Part shown: in pieces, positions 36,571 to 45,898 of the stretch
How positions within the stretch are numbered: position 1 is the stretch's first letter
Layout: each line of letters opens with the position of its first letter
Assembly: GCA_964346945.1 (NCBI GenBank)
Contig: CAYFXL010000002.1
Span: 1-58,136, forward strand
Direction: 5' to 3'
Source: an uncultured Syntrophobacterales bacterium
Lineage (GTDB): Bacteria > Desulfobacterota > BSN033 > WVXP01 > G020346125
DNA length: 58,136 bases
The notes under the pieces: model-generated
What the model was told of the DNA's origin: nothing
What the model saw: the letters and a program-made list of their open reading frames with translations, nothing else
Database searches by the model: none
Position numbers and translations under genes: made by a program

Positions 36571-39375
36571 ATGCGGATCCCTGCAGCATCGTATAGAGTT
36601 CAGTTCAATCCCTCTTTTGGCTTTCGGGAAGCCAAGAGAATCGTCCCCTACTTGGCTGAGCTCGGAATAAGTGACCTTTACGCTTCTCCCATTTTCAAGG
36701 CGCGAAGGGGAAGTCTTCACGGCTACGATGTAGTTGATCCAAATCAACTCAACCCCCAATTGGGAAATAGGTCGCACTTTGGACAACTCATGATGGCATT
36801 GAAAACCCGCGGAATGGGATGGCTCCAGGATATTGTCCCAAACCACACGGCCTTCGACCATGAAAATCAGATGCTCGTGGACGTCCTGGAAAACGGTCAG
36901 AGTTCACAGTATTTTCACTTTTTCGATATCGAATGGGATCATCCCTACGAAAGCATCAAAAGAAGGGTTCTCGCACCTTTTCTGGGACGGTTTTACGGTG
37001 AATCCCTGGAGGAGGGGGAGATCAAACTGAGATATGTCAAAAATGGGTTTGTCCTCGTTTACTACAATCGCATGTTGCCTTTACGATTAGAGTCCTATGT
37101 TCATCTGTTGACCTATCGGTTGCATATACTCAAAAAGAAGCTTGGAGCGGATCACCCTGATTACATCAAACTTCTCGGCATGCTCTATATCCTGAAAACC
37201 CTTCCTTCAACTGAGGAAATGAACGACAGATATGATCAGATACGGTTTATTAAGACAACATTATGGGAGCTGTATCAAAAAAATGAGGATATAAGGAAAT
37301 TCATCAGGGAGAATATAAAGATTTTCAATGGCAAACGGGGAAATCCCGAGAGTTTTAATCTCCTCAATGACCTGCTTTCAGAACAGTTATTCAGACTATC
37401 CTTCTGGAAAGTCGCAACAGAAGAGATCAATTACCGACGGTTTTTCAACATCAATGAATTCCTCTCCGTGAGAATAGAAGACGAAGATGTTTTCAATCAT
37501 ATGCATTCCTTGACATTCAAACTCATTGAAGAGGGGAAGATAACAGGACTAAGAATAGACCATATTGATGGGCTCTACGATCCAACAAACTACCTTAAGA
37601 GAATCAGACAGAAAGCAGGAGAACTATACGTCCTGGTCGAGAAAATCCTCGATCTTGAGGAGGAACTTCCATCTCTCTGGCCGGTGCAGGGGACAACCGG
37701 TTATGAGTTTCTTAATTATGTCAACGGTCTTTTCTGTAAAAGGGAACATGAGAAGGAATTTAACAGGATCTACACACATTTTACGACGCTGAACACCCCT
37801 TATGAGGAATTGGTATGTGAGAAAAAAAGATTGATTCTGGGAAAACATATGGCCGGCGATGTGGATAATCTCGCCCACTTCATGAAGGCAATCTCCAGTA
37901 GAGACAGGCACGGAAGCGACATAACCATTTATGGCCTCAAGAGAGCTTTGGTCGAAGTGATGGCCCAGTTCCCGGTTTATCGAACCTATCTCGGTAATGA
38001 GATCTCCAGGCAAACTGATCGCTCGTATATTGAGGAGGCTGTAGACAGGGCGAAAGGGAGCAGCCCAGGCTTATTGAATGAGCTCCAGTTCATAGAGAGA
38101 TTCCTTCTCCTGGATTTCGGGGATTATCTCTTGGAGGAAGAGAAAGATCAGTGGACTCAATTCGTTATGAGGTTCCAGCAATTCACGGGACCCCTCATGG
38201 CAAAAGGCTTTGAGGATACAACCCTCTATGTTTACAACAGGCTGCTTTCCCTGAACGAGGTTGGAGGATCTCCGAACAAATTCGGTATTTCCACGGGGGA
38301 GTTCCACCATTTCCTTGAAAAGAGGGCCAAGCTCTGGCCACATTCGTTCAACGCAACCTCCACTCACGATACGAAGAGAGGTGAGGATGCGAGGGCAAGG
38401 ATAAACGTCCTCTCCGAAATACCGAGGGAATGGGAAAGAATGATCAAGACATGGAGTAAGGCAAACAGGAAAAAGAAGAGAAAGGTCCTTGGTAGACGCG
38501 TTCCGGATAGGAATGACGAATATTTCTTATACCAGACGCTGCTAGGCGCATTCCCGTTCCGTGAAGATAATACCTACGGGATATTCCAGGAGAGAATGAA
38601 AGCGTATATCATAAAGGCCGTCCGAGAAGCCAAAGTGCATACCGCTTGGCTCAAGCCGGATACGGATTACGAGAATGCCTTCATTTCCTTTCTCGAGGAA
38701 ATTCTCAGCCTCAAGGAGGAAAATACATTCCTAAAGGAGTTCTTGCCCTTCCATAGAAAGGTGTGCCACTACGGAATATTCAATTCCCTTTCCCAGATAC
38801 TGGTAAAGATCACCGCCCCGGGCGTGCCGGACTTTTATCAGGGAACGGAACTCTGGGATCTGACTCTGGTGGACCCCGATAATCGACGCCCGGTTGATTT
38901 TGAAAGAAGAAAGGCAATGCTCCGGGAAATCCGAAAAAAGGAGAACAACAATGTCTTGAACCTGATCGAGGAGATGCTCCGTGCGAGGGAAGACGGGAGG
39001 ATTAAGCTCTTTCTCATATATAGAGCGCTTAAGACGAGAAATGAACATATTGAAGTTTTTCGAGACGGAGCGTATATTCCCTTGGAAGTAGCCGGGAAGC
39101 TCAAGGACCACATTTTCGCTTTTGCGAGAAAAAACGGAAGGAAATGGGCCGTGAGTGTCGCACCACGATTCTTAACAACTGTAGTGAGGGAAGGTGATTA
39201 TCCCTTCGGCGAAAAGATATGGCACGATACACATATCCCCTGCCCCGGCGGAGTCTCTCACGAATGGAAAAATGTGATTACACGCCAGCAGGTGAACAGC
39301 GTGGGCAAGCTTATGATAGGAGAGGTTCTTAGACACTTCCCCGTTGCATTGCTTATGAGAGAGGAAACGAGATGA
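36571..39375 (+). CDS. treY: Malto-oligosyltrehalose synthase
   Basis: YRVQFNPSFGFREAKRIVPYLAELGISDLYASPIFKAR.GS.HGYDVVD, DIVPNH, GLRIDHIDGL and TSTHDTKRGED. Confidence 0.9.
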   Translation: MRIPAASYRVQFNPSFGFREAKRIVPYLAELGISDLYASPIFKARRGSLHGYDVVDPNQLNPQLGNRSHFGQLMMALKTRGMGWLQDIVPNHTAFDHENQMLVDVLENGQSSQYFHFFDIEWDHPYESIKRRVLAPFLGRFYGESLEEGEIKLRYVKNGFVLVYYNRMLPLRLESYVHLLTYRLHILKKKLGADHPDYIKLLGMLYILKTLPSTEEMNDRYDQIRFIKTTLWELYQKNEDIRKFIRENIKIFNGKRGNPESFNLLNDLLSEQLFRLSFWKVATEEINYRRFFNINEFLSVRIEDEDVFNHMHSLTFKLIEEGKITGLRIDHIDGLYDPTNYLKRIRQKAGELYVLVEKILDLEEELPSLWPVQGTTGYEFLNYVNGLFCKREHEKEFNRIYTHFTTLNTPYEELVCEKKRLILGKHMAGDVDNLAHFMKAISSRDRHGSDITIYGLKRALVEVMAQFPVYRTYLGNEISRQTDRSYIEEAVDRAKGSSPGLLNELQFIERFLLLDFGDYLLEEEKDQWTQFVMRFQQFTGPLMAKGFEDTTLYVYNRLLSLNEVGGSPNKFGISTGEFHHFLEKRAKLWPHSFNATSTHDTKRGEDARARINVLSEIPREWERMIKTWSKANRKKKRKVLGRRVPDRNDEYFLYQTLLGAFPFREDNTYGIFQERMKAYIIKAVREAKVHTAWLKPDTDYENAFISFLEEILSLKEENTFLKEFLPFHRKVCHYGIFNSLSQILVKITAPGVPDFYQGTELWDLTLVDPDNRRPVDFERRKAMLREIRKKENNNVLNLIEEMLRAREDGRIKLFLIYRALKTRNEHIEVFRDGAYIPLEVAGKLKDHIFAFARKNGRKWAVSVAPRFLTTVVREGDYPFGEKIWHDTHIPCPGGVSHEWKNVITRQQVNSVGKLMIGEVLRHFPVALLMREETR

Positions 39376-40868
39376 AAAGACGAGCAAGCGGCATTCTTCT
39401 CCACCTGACTTCCCTACCCTCCCTTTTTGGCGTTGGAGATTTGGGGCCAGGGGCTTTCCGGTTTGTGGATTTTCTCTGTGAGGCCAAGCAGAGCCTCTGG
39501 CAGATCCTTCCCCTGAACCCGACCGATCCGGAGCATTTCAGTTCCCCCTATCACAGTGCATCCGCTTTCGCATGTAACCCACTGCTCATAAGCCCTGAGC
39601 TTTTGATCCGGGATGGCTTACTCAACAAGGCAGATATAGAATCTCCTCCTGATTTTCCAGCGGACCGGGTCGATTATCGGGCCGTGGGTGCTTATAAGGC
39701 AGAGCTTTTAAAAAAGGCTTATGAGCGTTTCAGAAGAAAAAGGACTCCGTATGAATATGAACGATTCCGTGCCGAGAACTCACCCTGGCTCGAGGACTTT
39801 TCGCTCTTTATGACCCTCAAATCCCATTTCGGCGGGAGGGTATGGAGCGAATGGCCTCAGGACATACGGGACAGACAACCAGAGGCGCTGCAATCTGCCA
39901 ACAAGGTACTCCACGAGAAAGCCGAAAGGGAAAGGTTCCTTCAGTATATTTTTTCCAATCAGTGGAGTAACCTTAAAAATTACTGTAATGCGAAAGGTAT
40001 TCAAATCATAGGAGATCTTCCGATTTACGTGGAGCATGACAGTGCAGACGTATGGACGAATCCCGAACTTTTTAAACTGGACGACGAAAAAAGGCCTTAT
40101 GCTATCGCGGGTGTTCCCCCCGATTACTTCAGCGAGACCGGACAGCTCTGGGGCAATCCCGTTTACCGATGGGACGTGTTGAAGGAGCAGGGGTTCGCGT
40201 GGTGGGTTCAACGAATTGAGCGGAACCTAAAACTCTGTGATATCGTGAGAATCGACCATTTTCGTGGCCTTGTGGCCTATTGGGAGGTCCCGGCCACGGA
40301 GCATACAGCTATTAATGGAGGGTGGATTGAAGCCCCTGCTAAGGATTTGCTCAATCACCTCATGAGGAAATTCCCCTTTTTACCAATTGTTGCCGAGGAT
40401 CTCGGTGTCATTACCCCGGACGTGAGGGAAACCATGCAGCAGTTCGAGATTCCCGGCATGAAAGTGCTCCTCTTTGCCTTTGGTGAGGATCTTCCCACGA
40501 ATCCCTATGTACCCCATAATCTGCCTAAGAACTGTGTGGCATATACCGGAACCCACGACAACAATACGATAAGGGGATGGTTTGAAGGGGAGGAAGCACC
40601 CGAAGATAAAAAAAGGCTCCTCCATTACCTTGGTAGGGATGTGCCGGGAGAGGAGCTCCACTGGGAATTGATTAGGCTTCTCATGATGTCAGTCGCAAAC
40701 ACGGTTATCTTCCCCATGCAGGATATTCTCGGGCTCGGAGAGGAGGCGAGAATGAATCGGCCGGCAACCTTGGAGGGCAATTGGCAATGGCGGCTCTCAC
40801 CGGATCTCCTGACACCCGATCTGGCCAGCAGGCTCCTCGAAATGACGGAAATGTACGGGAGATCGTAA
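39372..40868 (+). CDS. malQ: 4-alpha-glucanotransferase (amylomaltase, GH77)
   Basis: RASGILLHLTSLPS..GVGDLG, VRIDHFRGL, IVAEDLGVITPDV and YTGTHDNNT. The start overlaps the treY stop (ATGA). Confidence 0.9.
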   Translation: MKRRASGILLHLTSLPSLFGVGDLGPGAFRFVDFLCEAKQSLWQILPLNPTDPEHFSSPYHSASAFACNPLLISPELLIRDGLLNKADIESPPDFPADRVDYRAVGAYKAELLKKAYERFRRKRTPYEYERFRAENSPWLEDFSLFMTLKSHFGGRVWSEWPQDIRDRQPEALQSANKVLHEKAERERFLQYIFSNQWSNLKNYCNAKGIQIIGDLPIYVEHDSADVWTNPELFKLDDEKRPYAIAGVPPDYFSETGQLWGNPVYRWDVLKEQGFAWWVQRIERNLKLCDIVRIDHFRGLVAYWEVPATEHTAINGGWIEAPAKDLLNHLMRKFPFLPIVAEDLGVITPDVRETMQQFEIPGMKVLLFAFGEDLPTNPYVPHNLPKNCVAYTGTHDNNTIRGWFEGEEAPEDKKRLLHYLGRDVPGEELHWELIRLLMMSVANTVIFPMQDILGLGEEARMNRPATLEGNWQWRLSPDLLTPDLASRLLEMTEMYGRS

Positions 40869-41052
40869 TGGAGTCCCTTTCAGATTCTCGACTCCTGGAG
40901 CACGGCAGCACGGGTGTATCGGCCTGGTAGCTTTGAGGAGCAGCTGAAAGCGAACCGAAGGCCATGATGCCCTGCGAGGACATCGCCAAAAAGGAATTCA
41001 CTCCGGTCTGGTTTCGAGAGGAGAAAAGATTGCGGCTCTCCACAAGAGGTAT

Positions 41053-42504
41053 CTATTCTTGTAACTTTCGTTCCTCAACTTCAATGGTGACCTGAACAGG
41101 AAGAGGTTTATCACTGAAAAACCGGACGTCCGGGGGGAGCACCAGTTTTGGGGTAAGCGTGGACGTGGTGGTGATACCTTGAAGATTGATAGGCTCTGTC
41201 AAGATCTGAACACGCTTTTTCCCTTTGGGTGGAGCCATGACCTGAATCGACTTGGGGTTAACCACAATTTGCCGAAGGGCAAGTCCAGGGGGGAGATTTC
41301 CAGAAGTAGCGACTTTGATAGAAACATCAAGAAGAACCATTTTGTGGGTTATGAGCTCAATCTTGCTCGGTTCAATCCCAACAACCGAGAGATTTGAGGG
41401 GTGACGAACCTGATCCGGTTTGAGGATGAGTTCTTGCTTTCCCTCTACGACTTTTGACATATCCAACACTATCTTCAAGGTTTGCGGGTTCAAAAGATCA
41501 AATGCCTGTCCCGAGCCCATTAACGTGACCGTTGCCTCCTTTGATTTAGGTTCTTCGATGAACCAATCAGGTGGGAGATTCCGGTACTCAATAGGGGCGA
41601 CAAACCCTCTTCTGATACTTTCGGCCTGATATGCAAAGGCTAACCACAGTCCGCAGGCAAAAAGAACCGCTATAACCCTCTCCCAAGGATTTTTTCCCCA
41701 CCTATGGAGCCAGGGTTTTTTCCTCACCCTTGGTCCCCTTTCTTGATAAAAATTTTGGAGCATCGTTTTGAGCTGATCGCTGTTATCCAACTTTCTGAGC
41801 CGCCCTTCTCTGGCCACGCTAATCGTCCCATGCTCTTCTGATACCACGATAACCAGGGCATCTGAACGCTCCGTCAATCCCAAGGCCGCAGTGTGACGCA
41901 ACCCGAGATTGCCGATCTTTCTCGTACTCAATGAGAGGGGTAAATGGCAAGCAAATTTGATGATCTGGCCATCCGAAATGATCACCGCACCATCATGCCC
42001 TGTGGAATGGTGATCAAAGAGGCTCTCTAACAGGGGCTCGCTTATCTTGCCCTCCAAGGGGATTCCTCCCTTGAGGTGTCGGTCCAGATAGTCCGTTCCC
42101 TTCAGAACGATCAATGCCCCGAATCGCTTCAGGGCCAAATTTGCTGTTGTCTGGGTCAGAATATCGATCTCTTTGGGTGAAGACACGGTGGGCCAGCTTT
42201 TTCCCATGCCCCCCCACCTTGCTAGCCGCTCAAAAAACAGTCGAAGGTCTTCCTGAAATATTATGATCAGGGCGATGAGGAGGACGGCAAAGAATCCTTG
42301 GAAGACAAAGACGGTAAGATAGAGATCAAAGATACGGGCAAGGATATATACTAACCCAAAAATGCTAATTCCAATGAGGACAAAACGCGATGCGGTGCTT
42401 CTGAACCAAATCAATACGGCGTAAGTCAGGATTGAAATTATCGCAATGTCAAAGAAATCTGCGACTCTAAAATTCCGGGCTACATCTATGAGGTAATTTA
42501 CCAT
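41053..42504 (-). CDS. cdaA: Diadenylate cyclase (CdaA-type, 3 N-terminal TM helices) fused to a TM helix and YbbR (CdaR-like) repeats
   Basis: DAC motifs HDGAVII, GLRHTAALG (RHR is RHT here) and VVSEEHGTISV. After residue 280 or so comes a TM helix. YbbR-like repeats follow (VNPKSIQVMAPPKGKKRVQILTEPINLQGIT...VQVTIEVEE). Confidence 0.8.
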   Translation of the reverse strand: MVNYLIDVARNFRVADFFDIAIISILTYAVLIWFRSTASRFVLIGISIFGLVYILARIFDLYLTVFVFQGFFAVLLIALIIIFQEDLRLFFERLARWGGMGKSWPTVSSPKEIDILTQTTANLALKRFGALIVLKGTDYLDRHLKGGIPLEGKISEPLLESLFDHHSTGHDGAVIISDGQIIKFACHLPLSLSTRKIGNLGLRHTAALGLTERSDALVIVVSEEHGTISVAREGRLRKLDNSDQLKTMLQNFYQERGPRVRKKPWLHRWGKNPWERVIAVLFACGLWLAFAYQAESIRRGFVAPIEYRNLPPDWFIEEPKSKEATVTLMGSGQAFDLLNPQTLKIVLDMSKVVEGKQELILKPDQVRHPSNLSVVGIEPSKIELITHKMVLLDVSIKVATSGNLPPGLALRQIVVNPKSIQVMAPPKGKKRVQILTEPINLQGITTTSTLTPKLVLPPDVRFFSDKPLPVQVTIEVEERKLQE

Positions 42505-43023
42505 CAGTGTAAGTCTGGCCTCATGACGTCTTGGATGGTCACGATAGGAATCTCTTTTCCGATGCTAAGTGGACCAGGGTATTCTTCGATGACCGATAAA
42601 GCATGTTCTTATGGCTCCCCGTAATGAAAATTCCCCCTTATTCTCGTCCTGGGATCTAAAGCGGTGTTCCCCGAATTATCCATGGAAGGGAACTCTATTC
42701 TGTTCAAAATACAGAATAGCTTCATATAAGGAGATATCTACCATAAGCTTCTGGAAGTTTCCAGATCCCCTCAGTTGAGATTTGATACCATGATGTAATT
42801 AGACTCACTAGCTCAAAGAACGATGAAGGTACCGTTAGGCTAAGCGGCAAAGGAGGTGGCAGTGAGGGTCCATTTATGGGGTATATGCGGGTTGGAACTT
42901 CGCACTGAACGGTATACCATCATAGATATCTCGGCCGTATCAGAATTAACGGGAGGACGAAAGAGATAAAGAAGACCGTTCCGCCGGTTTCCGCGAACCA
43001 ATCCTCCGCGTATGCTCTCCATT

Positions 43024-44289
43024 TCAATTGAGGTCCAGCGTCGATATTCCCGCAGATTTCTCGTCCCACACCTTGATGAGGTAGGCCTTGTGGTCCTCAA
43101 AGCTCTGCGCCTGCTCCTCAACCAGGGCCTCGGCTTCTTCCGATGACATCTCCCAACTCTGCCGCACGAAGGATGCCACACGGGCATAGTACAGCGGTGT
43201 CATCAGGTCGATCAAATTGCCGCGATTGGCACTCCAGGTGTGGAAAGTGGCTGCCAGCTCGTAGAGGATCTTCACCCATACCTCGGTGTGCAAGTGGAAC
43301 TTTCGCGACCGTAAGTGTGCGACTTTCCGAACCTCCTCGAAGCATTCCTCGCAGAAGATCTCCTTCCAGAGGGAGGAGAATTGACGGAACCCTACCCTGA
43401 ACTGTTGGATCATCCCCTCTAAATTCACATCTACAGGCTCGGGTTCAAGGTGGTTTTCATGTCCGAATATTTCTACGGGCGTGCTTTTTCGGATTCCCTT
43501 CCAATAGCCCTCATAAATCTCCATAAGGGAGAAGATGGTCCAGATCACCTGACGGAACATGGGACCCAGGTGCTGTCCAGGATCCTTGGCATCATGGATC
43601 TTGACCCCCAGGTTGGACTGGCAAATCTTAAAGCCCTGGGTAATTGCGTTGGTAGTCATCCAGATGTCGATTCCGAATCGGGCTACGTCGGTCTCCCAGA
43701 CATCCTGCTCGGCATAGAACCTGGCAACATCCCGGGAAAAGGCGAAGTCTCCTCCGATGGGCTGTCGAATTCGCCTGCCATATAGGGCTCTGGTAAGATT
43801 GTACACGATGTTGTTCGTGATGGTTCCATCGTACTTGTGCCGGAGGTAAATGGGAGCCACGAACTGGTATCCCCTTTCCAAGATGGGATCGATGAGGTGT
43901 TGGATCCAATCTGAAGTAATGCTCCTGAGGTCCGAATCCACTACAGCACATGCTCGAACCCTTAACCGATCCGCCGCCTCGAAGACGGATCTCAGGGCAG
44001 TTCCCTTCCCAGCTGGACCTCTATAGATGGTGACGAGCTTCTCTTGCCAGGGTTTGATCTGAAACTCCTTGGCGACTTCTCGGGTATCATCTGTGGATCC
44101 CCCATCGGCGATGAGAATAACGGATTTTCGGTCACGATAATGCTCTGCGAGCCCGTGGCTGACCATTTGTATCACATGATTGATGGTCCCTTCGCTACAG
44201 TAGCAGGGTATTCCAACCATGATATCCGCGGACTCTATCTCCTCGATGCGCTTGAATGCATATGGCCGCAGCGCTGTGTTATAGTGCAT
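43024..44289 (-). CDS. GT-A fold glycosyltransferase (GT2-like), specificity unknown
   Basis: IMVGIPCY...ILIADGGSTDDT, GKGTALR and the acidic motif AVVDSDL. ATG follows GGGAGGA. Confidence 0.65.
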   Translation of the reverse strand: MHYNTALRPYAFKRIEEIESADIMVGIPCYCSEGTINHVIQMVSHGLAEHYRDRKSVILIADGGSTDDTREVAKEFQIKPWQEKLVTIYRGPAGKGTALRSVFEAADRLRVRACAVVDSDLRSITSDWIQHLIDPILERGYQFVAPIYLRHKYDGTITNNIVYNLTRALYGRRIRQPIGGDFAFSRDVARFYAEQDVWETDVARFGIDIWMTTNAITQGFKICQSNLGVKIHDAKDPGQHLGPMFRQVIWTIFSLMEIYEGYWKGIRKSTPVEIFGHENHLEPEPVDVNLEGMIQQFRVGFRQFSSLWKEIFCEECFEEVRKVAHLRSRKFHLHTEVWVKILYELAATFHTWSANRGNLIDLMTPLYYARVASFVRQSWEMSSEEAEALVEEQAQSFEDHKAYLIKVWDEKSAGISTLDLN

Positions 44290-44581
44290 GTTTTATCCTC
44301 CCTGCAATTCCACCGTTCGCCTTCCATCTCGCTTCTATCCGCCCTGATAACCAGGTATCCTTTTTCCATTGATAGATTTCTTCAACTCATTCTCTCAGGT
44401 TGCCGAATTTCTCGCCGCCATTCTGAGGAAGAACACCAATCTAAGTATATCAAAATCCATGCCATTCAGTACTGTTGATCGTGCACCACGAGAATCGGTC
44501 CGCCCCGTTTTGTCAAAGGGTGCAATCCCCAGCGATAGGAAAAGAATTCCCAACGATTAGGCTGTGGATGCCTTCTGTAGC

Positions 44582-45757
44582 TCAGTCCAGATTATATCCC
44601 CACTCCCTCACGGCATCTTTCAGTCCCGTGTTCGGAAGTTCGATCATGAAAATTTCCCATTCCTCCTGAAATCGAAGATATCTCCCGGGCACGTCCTCCG
44701 GATCATCGAATACCGAGCCGAATTCCCGTAACACGACGCCCAATCCCTTGAGGTCGAGGCGAAGGAAGTGGTCGAGGGCGAACAGCAAAAGGGTCAATAG
44801 GCCTTTCAGCCTGAGGTCGCCTTTCAGGAAATAGCCGGGGTACGGATCGAGATTTATCTCCGGATATCCTTTAACCTTTGCCCTTTCATAGAGAAAACGC
44901 TGTATATCCCCTCTCAGTTCCCCCAAAAGGAAGGCCTCTCCCCTTTCAGGATGCAAGTGCTGAATATTCTGATCCTTATCGAAAAGCACATGGAGACCGA
45001 AGATCTCGGCATTGATCTGGTAATCCATGTCCTCCCCCCTGGGGATGAACGGATCAAAGGGCACCTTTTGAAAGAGGATTCTATGGATGGCTAAGTTACC
45101 CCCGAGGATAATGGGGGAGCGGATCAATCTGGATTTTGAATCGATGATCTGTTGGAAGACCTGGTTCATCAGGGAGGTCTTGTTCCAGAAAAATTTCCAC
45201 CATGGGTTGGTCTCCTTCAGGAGGATCGATCCGTCGGGTTCGATATAGAAACCGGCCTTTCCGCTCACTTGAATTCCGTCATAGTCTCGTCCCAGGAATT
45301 CCTCCGCAAAGGAGAGAAATCGGGCATCCCTGATGACCTCATCATTGTCCATAAAGAGAATTGCATCGACTCCCAAAAGCTGTGCCACTATGAGCCCGCT
45401 GTTGCGAATTTTTGGATAATCGCAGAGGTCCAGATGGGGGAACAAATTCTCAAAACGGTTCGCCTGGATGTACCGACCGAAATCCACAAGATTTTTTCGA
45501 GTAAAGATAACGGTGGGGATAGTCCCTATGGCGGCCCTCATCACCTGCCTCACCTTTTCATCGGTATGGGAAAGCACTGTCCAGAAATCCCCCTCCTTAA
45601 TATCGAGGCAGAATGGGAGGACTAGCACGAAATTCCGATCTTCCAGGATATCTAGGCTTTCAATCCCCCGTTGAAGGAGTTGGATACCCTGAAGTTCAGA
45701 GACGTTAGTATCCCCTTTGATGTGGAGATAGGTAGGGATGATAATGGCTTTTCTCAT
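44582..45757 (-). CDS. GT-A fold glycosyltransferase, specificity unknown
   Basis: AIIIPTY... and the DxD-like FMDNDE. ATG 45757; the ORF-track start 45781 is GTG. Confidence 0.55.
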   Translation of the reverse strand: MRKAIIIPTYLHIKGDTNVSELQGIQLLQRGIESLDILEDRNFVLVLPFCLDIKEGDFWTVLSHTDEKVRQVMRAAIGTIPTVIFTRKNLVDFGRYIQANRFENLFPHLDLCDYPKIRNSGLIVAQLLGVDAILFMDNDEVIRDARFLSFAEEFLGRDYDGIQVSGKAGFYIEPDGSILLKETNPWWKFFWNKTSLMNQVFQQIIDSKSRLIRSPIILGGNLAIHRILFQKVPFDPFIPRGEDMDYQINAEIFGLHVLFDKDQNIQHLHPERGEAFLLGELRGDIQRFLYERAKVKGYPEINLDPYPGYFLKGDLRLKGLLTLLLFALDHFLRLDLKGLGVVLREFGSVFDDPEDVPGRYLRFQEEWEIFMIELPNTGLKDAVREWGYNLD

Positions 45758-45898
45758 TCTATCCCTATCCCCTCGATCCACCCTGAAATATAGGCCCGTA
45801 GAGTTGCTTCGGAGGACATAATCTGTCGACCCAGGGTTATGCCCTCCCCCTCTTTTTCTCTTTCCATTCGGTGGGAGGGTTTGGGTATTCCTTTTCGA

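Noticed and set aside
42695-42719. Perfect 9-bp inverted repeat ctattctgt-N7-acagaatag in the 519-bp region upstream of cdaA.
   Set aside because: Allowing loops up to about 20 nt, a few 9-bp inverted repeats are expected by chance in 58 kb. There is no T-tract for a terminator and no second copy.
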